DNA of 64,000 bases from Octopus bimaculoides (taxonomy: Eukaryota): contig NC_068991.1 of NCBI RefSeq assembly GCF_001194135.2, positions 11,533,532-11,597,531 on the forward strand, written 5' to 3'. This document shows, in pieces, positions 38,221 through 50,532 of this stretch (positions are counted from its first letter, which is position 1; the number at the start of each line of letters is the position of its first letter). The position numbers and the translations under genes were made by a program. The notes below the pieces were generated by a model that searched no databases, was not told the DNA's origin, and was given only the letters and a program-made list of their open reading frames with translations.

Positions 38221-39367
38221 TATAAATGCAGCAACGAAAATATTTTGGCAAAGTAAATTTAAATGTTGAAGTGAATCTAACGGTTTTTGTGTGTTTCTTA
38301 AATGGCTTATAAACACATTCCACGCTGCAATTGTTTTCGTTCCAGCACACGATCTCAGATCAGGTCACTTGCTATGCAAGTACATCTCCGTAATATATAT
38401 ATAGGGAGAGAGAAAGAGAGAGAAAGAAAGAGAGAGAGAGAGAGACTGATCTATAGACACACACGTGAAGACCAATTCCTTGAATGAAATTTTGTAGACC
38501 AAAATTCTGTGGTAGGGTTGGATAGCCATCTTTGATCAGGTATATTAAATTGAGCTCAATACGGATTAAAAACACTCAACGGTGATGAGTACCGGTATAA
38601 CCTTTATTACCAGTTCCAATATACATGAGGTTTATTCGAACCCGTAAGAACCCCATTCACTGCATTTGACTACATTTTACTGCGGTCAGGTCACCGATTA
38701 GCCCAGCTTGTTACAGTACATTAACTTGAATATGACAAGAGAGACCTGGCCTTTGGTCGTCAGTTTGGAGCGCCTCTCCATCCCGTAGTCGATGCTGAAG
38801 AGGATATAATTACTCCGAAATGCATGAGTTCAGTGATCTGGGTAGGCGGTGCTCAAGGTTAACTTGGTGTGTTTACACCATTTTATCCACAGCGAGAATT
38901 TTTCTACATCAGAAAATGCAGTGAATGACTTACTTAACGGTTCGTATATATTTCCCAAGCGTATTTGAACTGGTAACAAGTGTATCTATTCGTCTTCCGG
39001 TTTCACACCATTATATAGCCCTGAGTGTGTCGTTGGCAGTTTTCACTCTGTTGTAAGCATTTAAGCCAGGTTTCCTGTTTGTGGATATCATCCTTCTTTG
39101 CTTGTCCCAATTTTGGAGGCCTTGGAAAACGTCACGGTTCCTGGCTGTTCTTTCTCCGCTGAGTAAGCTATAAAAAATATCCTGGAGTTTATTTAATTAA
39201 ATAAATCATTCCGTTAAATATTATGGACTTAAGTTTTTACGAGAAATTCTTTTTATGTACGCTATACTTAGCGCAATTCCTTTATCTTCTCAACTGAAGC
39301 CATACGCCGGCTGAAATCCACCATTTTTTTAAAAACAAAGATAAAACTATTTTTAATGTAATCAATG

Positions 39368-39612
39368 GGCGTAGGAGTGGCTGTGTGGTAAGTAGCTTGC
39401 TTACCAGCTACATGGTTCCGGGTTCAATTCCACGTCGGAAAAAGTTTTTAGCAGCCTCTCGTCCCTCTGAGTTCAAATTCCACCAAGGTCGACTTCTCCT
39501 TTCATCCTTTCGGCTTATCGATAAAGTAAGTACTAGTAAAGTGCTGGAGTCGATGACATCACTTTCCCCCTCCCCTCAAAAAAACTGCTGGCTCAGTGCC
39601 AAACTTTGAAAT
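39368..39612 (+). mobile_element. Family B head joined to a family A body and tail
   Basis: GGAGTGGCTGTGTGGTAAGTAGC..GGGTTCAATTCC, then CTGAGTTCAAATTCCACCAAGGTCGAC..CAGTGCCAAACTTTGAAAT. Confidence 0.7.
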
Positions 39613-40688
39613 AATTAATGTTGCGAAAAGCCGCTGAACCGAATAAAAGTTCAGTGTACGCAGTTGAGACGATATTAGATTATGATATCAGTCTACGTAT
39701 TCTGCTTATCATGCGTACACATTATATAGACAAACTGCTATAGTTTTTGTCTGAGAGATAATCTCTTCAGAAACCAAGCTGTATTAAAAATATTATAGAT
39801 GTTGGAGCGAAACGAACTTAATCCAGAAGTGTCCTACGAGAAGATTTGCTGCTCTTGTGGTTGATTACACTCCCGATTCTTTAAAAGTCGATAAGATACA
39901 ATATCAATCGTGAGATCAAAGTGAGTCGAATACTTAGAGTTGTTCCCCGTTTCTTCTTTTTTCCTTTGTGTGTGATTTCTGAGTTCTTGGATGTTAGACT
40001 AAACTCCCTGTCTACTTTAACATCACTATTAGGTCCCTGTTTTCCTTTAACGGTTTTCACTGTTTTGCAAGCATTCGAGCCAGCGCTTTGGCTTTAAGGA
40101 TACCATGTCCTTCCCTCATTCTAACTGCTGCAGGCCCTGAAAGCAACATATAAACACACACACATATATATATATAAGTGTCGCTCTTTCTTCTCTGACA
40201 CGGAGGTGAAAAAAATATACTAGAATTACTTTTTACGTCTGCAATCTACCCCACAAATTAGGGGTATTGCGTTTTTGCTTGATGTCATTATTACGTAAAA
40301 CATTTGAAAAATAAGTACTTTAGATCAAAGCAATGTTTTGGTTGAGTGCTGGAGCACCTGATATTTTAGCAGTCAACAACAACGTGTGTTGCATTTTTTA
40401 TCACAAAATTCAAGAGAAACATTAGCTATAGGTATACTTAATGCTCCGTTAAGTAACAATCTTCTGGGTGCCTATCCTACAGCACGACCCACATGTGCCG
40501 CATAACCTACATAGTCCTTACTCTATGTACACACAGGTAACCTCCCCCGTTTGTACTTTCTAGGACAACAGTAAACAACGAAATTCTATCTACACATTAA
40601 GACATATATGTGTATGCGTTTATATATATGTTGGTAGATATGCCCCTGAACATACGTACGTGCAGATATGTATGCATGCGTATGTCTG

Positions 40689-40753
<65 letters not shown>

Positions 40754-41080
40754 ATATATATATATGTATGTATGTATATATATTTATATATGTATATATG
40801 CATGCATGTATGTATATGAATTTATGTACGCATATATTTGTGTACCTGTTCATATAAGTATATATGTACGTGTGTAGGTAGGGAGATACGTAAATAAACG
40901 GGTGGGAAGCGAACTAGTTGGTAGGTAGTAGGGTAGTAGGGCAGGTATGTATGTACAATGGGATCTGATTGGTTCTTGTGTTTCTACACTTCTTTTTATA
41001 TTATTATTTTTTCTTACTTTATTTGTCATCGTTGCAGTCACTATTCCTGTTTACATAAACAATTACATAATGTCATATGT

Positions 41081-41128
<48 letters not shown>

Positions 41129-41130
41129 TA

Positions 41131-41163
<33 letters not shown>

Positions 41164-41619
41164 ATAAGTTAGGGTAGATTTGTTGGTGACAACCTTGAGA
41201 TGTTACGAAGTGTTTACATGTTTTTAGTGTAATGTCTGTATAAAATGATGTTGTTTTGTTCCTAATTCTGTCACGGGTTGTCATGCTGATGACGGAGGAG
41301 TTTGTTATCGAATCCAGTGTATGTCCGCTATTTTATTTTGTCACTCCCTGAAGAATCTTTGACAATGTCGTGTCACCTTGGGCAAATGTCTTCTCCTAAT
41401 AGACTCATGTCGACCAACGTCCTGTGAGAGACATTGGTAGACGGAAACTGTTAGAAGCTCGTCGTATCTATAAAGGAAAAAAAAGTGTCACTTACTGTAA
41501 TTGTTTTAAAATTATTGCCCAAGGTTACCTTGGTCTTTTCCGCAGGCTTTTATTTCTACAGATAAATCTAACCTTTCCTCATTTTACATTATGACATTTC
41601 TGTGATACACGATCCCTAT

Positions 41620-41756
41620 TGATCGGCCTTTTTTGCTTTCGATCCCTTTTGATTGAAATTCTTCCCCCACCTTTTTTGTCTTCTTGCCAAAAAGAAAAGC
41701 TCTACTTTGTATGTTGTCTCCTCTATATTCAGCCCTGTGTGGCCAATAAAGAAACA

Positions 41757-41760
<4 letters not shown>
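41620..41760 (+). mobile_element. LINE-like 3' terminal fragment
   Basis: AAAGAAAAGCTCTAC..AGCCCTGTGTGGCCAATAAAGAAA followed by a microsatellite. It is homologous to the reverse complement of 55645-55765. Confidence 0.55.
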
Positions 41761-41787
<27 letters not shown>

Positions 41788-42254
41788 TTCTTCCACTCTT
41801 TATATGCATGTATATATATATTTGCATGTATTAGAATAGTATAACTTGCATGGATCATTGTCTGGTATAGATAAATGCTTTTAATTTTTCTCATAAAGCC
41901 AAAACAGTGTAAGCTATAAGGAATAATACAAGTCAATGATTTGTACTTTCACTTTGCGTTTCAATATTTCGGCGTGTGTGCTTCTGAGCTTTTGTTTATC
42001 TACCACCCCCGCTCCATCACTTAGCGATCGGTGCTTGCACATTCCTGTAATTTTGAGGTTCGGTAAATGAGATCGATTATATATACTGTAGACTTTAAAA
42101 GAAGTGCAGCCTGTTCCACTAAATTTAGAAATTGGTGCAGATTGATAATTAACAAACCTAAAATAGCATAATAATAAAATGGCGCCTATATGGCGTCATT
42201 TTGTCATCATCACCGTCCTGTCGATTCTGTCACATGACCGCTTCAGTTAGAGTA

Positions 42255-42572
42255 TAATAACGCAGTTCACCTATCGCCATATCGCAGTTCACCTATGGTG
42301 GTTCGCCTATCGCGGTTCGCCTATCGCGGTTCGCCTATCGCGGTTCGNNNNNNNNNNGTTCGCCTATCGCGGTTCGCCTATCGCGGTTTATTATTTAAGC
42401 TTACGTCGATTCTTTTGCGGTGTTGCTTTGCATTTATAATAAAATGATTATATACAAATTACAATAATAATTAAATATATATATATATAACAGTACTGTT
42501 TCTATTTCGTGGATTTTCACCTGACGCGGAGGGTTTTGGGATATAACATCTGCGATATTCGTGAGTTTACTG
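42255..42572. mobile_element. Tigger-like MITE with an expanded 14-bp tandem (TTCGCCTATCGCGG)n
   Basis: Inverted homologue of 18836-19057; the right end is ..GTGAGTTTACTG|TA. Confidence 0.65.
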
Positions 42573-43179
42573 TATATTTACTTCCAAGTCTGGTTGTCAA
42601 CATGGTGGAATTTTGTACCTCTCAGTCATCCCTAACCAGCCCGATTAATGATTAAAGACGTTCCCACTGTGTCTACTACATATATTTGTACATCCATGAA
42701 TTTAGTTCACAATCTGGTGGTGGTAGAGACGGTGGTGGTAGAGATGGTGGTGGTAGAGATGGTGGTGGTAGAGATGGTGGTGGTAGAGATGGTGGTGATG
42801 GTGGTGGGTGGTGGGGGTAGTAGTAGTAGTAGCAGCACCAGTAGTAGTAGTAGCGGTGGTGGTGGTAGTTGTAATAGTAGTAGTAGTAGTAGTAGTAGTA
42901 AAAAGTTTCTTGTTCGACGGCGTAAAAGACGCGTATTTATACGCACCCCCAGCGGATATTCTGAAGAAAAACAAGGTTTTTGGTGCATAAAGTCATATAG
43001 TATAGGGCTAACTTCACATAGAGAAGCCAGAGTGGGGTTTTTGACACATTTTCTTGTTCTTAGTTTTAAACGCACATATTATAGGCTATTAAATGATATA
43101 ACTGTTAATTTACGATTAATAACCATGGTACGTTTCTTATTCCTGTAATCTTATTAATCCCATAATTCTCATATTCCCG

Positions 43180-43560
43180 TAGTTCAGTGTTTCGATATTC
43201 CGATAATCCGATAATCCGATTTTCCAATATTCTGATATTTCGATATTACAATAGTTCAGTATTCTGATATTCTGATATTCTGATATTCCGATATATCAGT
43301 AATCCAATAGATCAATATTCCTTCCATCCAATGTATTTATGATTTCCCATTATTACAATTTTCCATTATTCTGATGTTTCAGAATTATTATATTCCGAAA
43401 ATTTTAATTTTCTTTTTGTCGTCCAGTATTCGTATATCCTTATATCCCATTACTATGATAATCCAATACCCGGTATTCCAATATTCCGAACATTGTAGTA
43501 CTAATATTCCGATATTCTTATAATAAAAAATACTTATATTCCAATATTTCAATATTTTTA
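43180..43560. repeat. Degenerate ~9-10-bp minisatellite (TATTCCGATA-like)
   Basis: Recurring ATATTCxGAT and ATTCCAATA units. Confidence 0.75.
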
Positions 43561-43601
43561 CATTTAATGGCCTTTACTTTAGTTAATATATCCTTCTCGA
43601 A

Positions 43602-44034
43602 GCAGCGAGCTGGCCGAATCGTTAGCACACCGGGCGAAATGCTTAACGGTATTTCGTCTGCCGTTACGTTCTGGGATCAGATTCCGCCGAAGTCGTCTTT
43701 GCCTTTCATCCTTCCGGGGTCGATAAATTAAGTACCAATTACGCACTGGGACTGATGTAATCGGCTTAATCCCTTTGTTTGTCCTTGTTTGTCCCCTCTA
43801 TGTTTATCCCCTTGTGGGCAATAAAGAAATGAGAAACGTTAGCACGCTGGGCGAAATGCTTAGCAGTATTTCGTCTGTCTTTATGTTCTGAGTTCAAATT
43901 CCGCCGAGGTCGACTTTGCCTTTAATCCTTTCGGGGGCGATAAATTAAGTACCAGTCGCGTACTGGGGTCGATCTTATCGACTGGTTCCCTCCCCCCAAA
44001 TTTCGGGCCTTCTGCCAAGTGTAGAAAAGAATAT
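43602..44034 (+). mobile_element. Dimeric SINE family A element
   Basis: Monomer 1 plus the tail ..GTGGGCAATAAAGAAAT is fused to a 5'-clipped monomer 2. The same architecture occurs at 62097-62498 (-). Confidence 0.85.
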
Positions 44035-44035
44035 T

Positions 44036-44190
44036 TCCTTCTCGAGCCATGCCAGGCTCATGAGGGCCGGTTTCCCAGTTTCAAAGACGTATAAATTCCC
44101 CACCTGGACTGGACGCTGGTCGGTCTCAGCGTTACTCATTTTTGCCAGCTGAGTGGACTGGAGCAACGTGAAATGAAGTGTTTTGTTCCA
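44036..44190 (-). mobile_element. SINE family D, CORE-like segment and tail
   Basis: Reverse complement CACTTCATTTCACGTTGCTCCAGTCCACTCAGCTGGCAAAAATGAGT.., shared with 61265-61328. Confidence 0.75.
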
Positions 44191-44960
44191 TCATTCAATG
44201 TTCCATCATTTAATATTCGTCACTCAATGTTCTGTCTCTCACTTTTCCATCAATGAGCGTTCCATCACTCAAGTTTCCACCACTCAAATGACCATCCCTC
44301 TACGCACGTCACGCAATGTTTTTTGTCAATGATCCGTCACTCAATGTTCCATCACTGAATACGCCATGTTCCATCATTCAATTTTCCATTACTCACTGTT
44401 CAATCACTCAATGTTCCATCACTCATTATTCCGTCACTCAAAGTTCCATCACTCAATGTTCCGTCACCGAAATGTACATCACTCCATGTTCCATCATTCA
44501 TTATTCCATTACTCACTGTTCAATCACTCAATACTGCATCACTCATATGTCCACCCCACATTATTCCGTCGCTCAATGTTCCGTCTTAATGTTCTATGCC
44601 TCAAATATCAATCGCTCCATGTTCCACCACTCAATGTTCCGTCGCTGAATGTTCCGTCACTCAATGTTCTGTCATTCAATGTTTCATCGCTTAAATGTTC
44701 ATCACTCAATATTATTTCACTCAACATTATTTACTCAATATTGCAGCACTCACATGTCCATTACTCCATATTTGGTCACTCGATAATTCACCATGAAAAT
44801 TTTCCTCACTTAATATTCCATGATCAACATCGAGAGATGGAAAAATCGATGTTTCAACACGCAATTTTATTTTCCATGATTCAGTGCCTTACACAATTTT
44901 TCTTAACTCAATATTTCGTCACTGGATGTTCCATCACTCAACGTTCTCTCATTCATTATT
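44190..44960. repeat. Degenerate ~15-bp minisatellite (TCAATGTTCCATCAC)
   Basis: Dozens of recurring CAATGTTCC(A/G)TCACT units. Confidence 0.85.
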
Positions 44961-46099
44961 ATCACTCAACGGTCTTAAATTCAATGTTTTGCTACTCAGG
45001 GCGCTAAGTCGAAGCTTCTTGTGTAATATCAGTATCAGACGATTGAATGAAATCTCAGTAAATAAGAAGTAATTTACCTTATTGACAGTGGACGGATGAT
45101 GGGCAAAATTAATATCCGTTTGATTTGAACTTATTTGTAAACAATCAGAATTAAATGCAGCAGAGAATTTTGTCACACGAAATGCTTTGCGGAATTTACT
45201 TCCGGTTGTGTATTCCTGATCTATGTACGAAAGAGTGTTGTTGGGATGATGTAGATGTGACTGATTTGAGTAGAAGAGTTGGTGTTGTGATGAGGGTATT
45301 GTAAATTGTGCTTGTCCTTAGTGGGAGAGTTAGGGGCAGTGGTGGACTGGGTTTAGAAGTATTGGTTGCCGCAACTACGAAGAGGCCCACCCGCAACTAG
45401 AATGCTATCATTTAATACTAGCCGTCAAAGGTGTAACCAGACTTAAATAGTAGCATCTGTTGTTGGCCATGTTGTATTCATGCAGGTAGTCTTCATAGAT
45501 ACTTTGCTCACTATTGCAATGAGTGAAACTGATTGCATTGTAGGTCATCATAAGATATTAGCACGACGCTCAAGAAACACTAATGGTCAGAGACTTAAAT
45601 ACTGCAGACTCTTGGTATGCGTAAGGGCTGTGGCTGCCCCTCCCAGTTATCAAACTGAAAGTTGGAAGAGTATCACTCATGTCGTGAGCGGCTATGAATG
45701 AGAAATTCTCCTCCTTAAGCTCCAGACATTGTAATAGTACTGTTGAAACCATTGGCTTCAAGGCTAATATCAAAGCTGGTTTCATGAAAGCTATAGTACA
45801 ATTGGTAGATAGTAGACTCCTGAATGATATTGGCAAATCAATCAGAGCAACCCTGGGAAATTTGTTATTGTATATTCTTTAACAGAAATTGTGAGCTTTT
45901 CGGAGCAAGTTTCAGTCTGCCGTACATGTCCTGAAAAATAAATGGCGAATTGTTCAGATGCCTGCAGACAGGCTTAACATGATAAGGACAATTTCTTCAA
46001 TGCATTTCAATATAGACTATGCAACATCTCAGTTGTGCGGTCCGAAGTACATGGCAATGACCATGGGCTTTGCAGGTCTTCCTAAATCAACTAGACTGA

Positions 46100-46450
46100 A
46101 GTCGTTAATGTTTCTCAAGAATCTTTGTAAGTGAACACCTGACGAAATGATATGAACTGAGATGGAGTGCCAAAGGGTTAATGCTCGGGGACGGAAGGAC
46201 TTGGTGTTGTAATTAGCACGGGGCCTGGCAGGGATGGGGGGATAGGGATTAGACACAACTGGGGTGATTAAACGAGGAGAGACGATGGATCAAGAATACA
46301 TGAGATGAGGGGTCATGAACCAGAGTCAGTTTCGAGGTACAGAGGTCATTATAGTATCGGTAGAAAAGGAAGCATGAAAAGTCAGTGAATCTGTGATTCA
46401 GAGGCTTGAGGATGTTCCATCGTATTTTATGATATACGGCATTGTCGAAA
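46100..46450 (-). mobile_element. CR1/Jockey-group LINE RT C-terminal relic
   Basis: Frameshifted translations FYRYYNDLCTSKL and KSFRPRALTLWHSI match the FYRYxxxxCSSEL and SFxPRTxxLWNSLP motifs. Confidence 0.6.
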
Positions 46451-48225
46451 TATTCAGCTTTATTTCATAACGTTAGGGAAATAAATACAGCATGACATAC
46501 ACGCTTTGTATTGTAGTATGAGATGGAGTAATTGTGAATTATTCAGTAGCATAGTGTAGTATATAGTATGGCAAGTGTTTAGGCTGAAGCATACAAGAGT
46601 GTATTGTATATTAATGTAGAATGACATAAGAGAATGTTGAAGAGTAAAGCAGTAAAACTTGGTATAATCTAACGTTTGGTGTGGCTCCAATATTGTCGCG
46701 TTTGCAGCGGACTTTGAAGCTATTCCTGAAGATCATATTTAATTGAAATATTCTATTTCCGTTTTACACTCTTCGTTCCATACGCAGGAAGTTAACCTAG
46801 CTGGCAAAGCTTGGAGAGAGAGGAACAAAAACAAACCACATTGCCAAAATGCTGTTATTGTTGCTGTTGCATTTGTAGTAGTAGTAGTAGTAGTATTAGT
46901 ATCAGTAGTAGTAGTAGTAGTAGAGTTAGTAGTAGTAGTAGTAGCTGTTGTTGGTGTTTGCTTTTGTTTTTTGCTGTTCTTGTTATTATCATTGCTTCTA
47001 ATATTGGTGTTCTTTCTCATTATTTTTCTCATGAATACTTTCATATTTACAACTTTATATCAAGGTAGGATGTTTTTTCTTATGGTTTTTAACACCAAGA
47101 ATTATACTTATGCATGTGAAGTTCACATGTGCTTCTGTTTTTCTTTTCAACATTCGCTTGGCTTGTTGCAAATTGCGACGTTCTCAGAAAGTAAAAGGCA
47201 ACGAATATATTTGGTTTGGTTTTAATTTGGGAAGGAAAGGCAATACTTTTGAATATTCTACAGGACCTTCGGGGATCGAGGTGTGTGTGGGGAGGGAGTA
47301 GAAGGTGAGGAATTATTCCCAGATTAAAGACCTGATCCAAATACTTTCCACAGAACGAGCTCTGCTTTGCTGCAGGTACCCGAGATCCACGTTGTAAATG
47401 TTAAATCAGGTAATGGAATAAGTATAACAATAAAGAACAGGAAAGTTACCCCTACCTCCACCCGCCACCTCACGATGAGCCTCCGCACAGTAATCTTCTA
47501 CCCAATTCAATTACAATACTTCAGTAAAAATAAAGCTATAGTAGAAAATACTTGATCTAGGTACCGTGCAGTGAATTCGAACCGCGAACTATGTTATTGC
47601 AAAACAAACTTCCTAACTGCACGATCACGACAGTAATTGCTACTAGATAATAAAATAGGTAGGGGCAACGTGGTAACTGCGAAGTCTATTTTATTACGTT
47701 GAATAAATATATCTTACATTGAATCCATACGTATTTGCTTAACGATTATTTTTCATAGATATACATATTTACTTGTTTTTCTTTCTTAATTTACCATCTA
47801 TGTCAGTGCATTTTCTGCCCATCTTGAAGTGTTATTAACATACTGTTTGCATAAATATTTTGTTTTTGTTTACAAATATATTAATGGTACGCATTAAACC
47901 AAATTCTTATTTACATCGAAAAATGAAAACGGCGTAAAGGAAAAAAACGCAATGAAGAACTAAAAGAAAAATAGGTTTTTGAGGTATTCTATTGATTGAC
48001 GAAGTTCCTAAAAGAATTTCTGTTATTGTGGTTGTTGCTGTTGTCTTGTAAACAAAATCAGAATTGGTAAACAACTTTGATAAACAGGATATATGTAATT
48101 TTGCTAATTCGGTAAGGTTTACAATTAATGAGGGAGTGAGAAAGGTGGAGAGAACGAGAAAGGCGAACTCGTGATTTCATTCTGAAATTGGCGCCATTGT
48201 AGAACTGACTTTCATTTTACTTCAA

Positions 48226-48310
48226 AAGCAAGATATGCTTCAACCCTGATCAGCTGCAGATCATTTACAAAGTTTATGAAAGATACATGTTGAGTATTGC
48301 TCGTTTATAC
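48226..48310 (+). mobile_element. CR1/Jockey-group LINE RT relic
   Basis: CFNPDQLQIIYKVYERYML, then YCS after a frameshift, resembles FxPxQLLxLYKAxIRPxLEYCS. Confidence 0.45.
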
Positions 48311-48874
48311 ATATGAGTTACGTAAAACATGTTCAGATTAGCTTGGAAACATATGTAGTACGGAATTACCTTCTTTTCTTACACACTTTAATTCGTTTAT
48401 AAATATATATGAATATATACATGTGCGTGTATGTACATACATACACAGACACACATACTCACATATACATACATACACATACACACTTATATATGTATAT
48501 AAGTATACATTTATTTGCCGTCATATATGAACACTCATCTATATTTCCTCAGAATTCAACTTCAAAATATTAAAGGGCGAATGAAAATGCTAGCCTGAGT
48601 TGGCGAAATCAAATTAAATAGCACTAAAACATATTACCTTGCTTGATCTTGTAGTTTGGGATATAGAAAGAACGCACTCTTTGCCAAATTAGAAGTGAAC
48701 AGTATAAATAGCACAGGACACTGTAAACTAATTGAAGAATTAAAACAGGTTCATTGCAAATCCACGTCATCATTGCTGTTGTTTTTCTGTCCTATGAAAA
48801 AATATAACCTGCTTCGCTGCTTAGACTGCAATCAAATAACTTAAACATGTTCACACAGAGAGAAAATATTTCAG

Positions 48875-49260
48875 TGTCTCACTCTCTACAAAGCTAAAAT
48901 GAGGCCCATTTTAGATTACGGTCTACATTTATAGATACCTCTGCTCCACAACTTTGTATTCTTGTCAGCTCCGAAAGGACAATCATCTTTTATTGATAAT
49001 AATGCAACTCTCTAAAATACAACAGTTACCCTCTTGTTTCTTTATTACAACATTCTTTCCATCTCTGACCTAGCTCGCTTCACAGACTATTCCCTCAGGT
49101 TGACTCGGACCAGTCGTGTTTGATTTTTCGCTTCCTCTATCCCTCAATGAATAATTTGTACAGTCAATGTTCTCCAGAATTACAACAGTTTAGTAATATT
49201 ACCTTGCTCAATTGTCCTCTTACGATATCGACTTCTTAGTGTTGAGTCTAAGAATCAGTG
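48875..49260 (+). mobile_element. CR1/Jockey-group LINE RT C-terminal relic
   Basis: LTLYKAKMRPILDYGLHL* followed by degenerate downstream motifs. Confidence 0.6.
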
Positions 49261-49913
49261 GTATCCATTATTCGTAGATTGGTTCAAGAATACCTTCTTT
49301 TGTAGAAATATATTATATCTGTAAATTTAGACTTAATCTTTCATATGTTCTCTCACTCATTAGAAAAATACATTGCATAATAACACACACACACATACAC
49401 ACACAAAGGAGGTTTGAGTGGTTCTCTCTCCCCTTGTGTTTGTGTGTGTGGGTGTGTGTTTAAAAATATTTCAAAATTTCTTGATAGAGCCACTATTTTC
49501 TTATCAGTTTCTTTATACTTAAAATAATTACATTAACAAATTCTAAACGAAGCAACACAAAGGCTTTCCGCTGTTTTCAATTTTTCAAACGCTCTTGTTT
49601 TAAGATAACCAGTATACAAGTAGCTGCTCAAAATAGCGGCTTTCACAATTTCCAGTTTAGTTTCGAATTTAGAGCTCGCGTTAAAATTTTCTTCTTTTCT
49701 TTTCGAAATTAATCATTTTATTTCTTAATTTTGAACAACCTACCAAAAACCAAACAAACAACAAAATTACTATTTGTACATCGGTGTGGAAGTTCACTGT
49801 CGTGTTAAGCAGAAACAATTCACATTGCATTGTTGGTACATCATCCAGTAAACAAGAAATTTTTTTTATTTTCAATTTATATTTGTATTAATCTTCCATT
49901 CCTTTGCATTCTA

Positions 49914-50209
49914 CAGGATGTCCACAAAGTCTGGGTACTTAGGGATTAACACATACTTAAAGAAATTATTATTTCTTATATTTAATTGTTCATGTTATGA
50001 TTTTATTTACTCCATGTACCCACATGGGGATTAACACATACTTTAAGAAATTATTATTTCTTATATTTAATTGTTCATGTTATGATTTTATTTACTCCAT
50101 GTACCCACATGGGGATTAACACATACTTAAGAAATTATTATTTCTTATATTTAATTGTTCATGTTATGATTTTATTTGCTCCATGTACCCAGACTTTGTG
50201 GACACCCTG
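49914..50209. mobile_element. Tc1/mariner-type MITE with an internal 85-bp triplication
   Basis: 25-bp TIRs CAGG(A/G)TGTCCACAAAGTCTGGGTAC with 1 mismatch, TA on both flanks (49912-13 and 50210-11), and units starting at 49941, 50026 and 50111. Confidence 0.9.
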
Positions 50210-50532
50210 TATAATTATTAGGTTTTACTGTGTTTAATGGATTCACACGTCGCACACTGAAGCTCTTCAGATTTTGTTGCTTGCATTATTCTTCCATGTT
50301 ACGTGAAATGGCTTTTAAGATTGTGGAAGGCTAAAATTTTTATGTCGACTCTACATTATAGAGCAAGGTTGAATGTAGAAGCATGTCTCTTTCGGACTCT
50401 GTCTCTTTTCCTCTCTCTTTCTCTGTATACATACAGTTAAGATATGTATCTTCCTGCATATAATCACGCACACACATCCACACACACACTCACGCACACA
50501 CAAACATATATATACAAATATGTATATATATA

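Noticed and set aside
42648-43148. 166-aa ORF with (EMVVV)n and poly-Ser
   Set aside because: It derives from a 15-bp GGTGGTAGAGATGGT tandem plus (AGT)n, with no coding evidence.
44190-44960. Regularly spaced short repeats as a CRISPR-like array
   Set aside because: The units are contiguous degenerate tandem copies without unique spacers, the context is eukaryotic, and there are no cas genes.
46715-46765. CTGAAGA..GAAAT hammerhead-like spacing; also CTGATGA at 41286
   Set aside because: No credible stem II or stem I pairing could be drawn.
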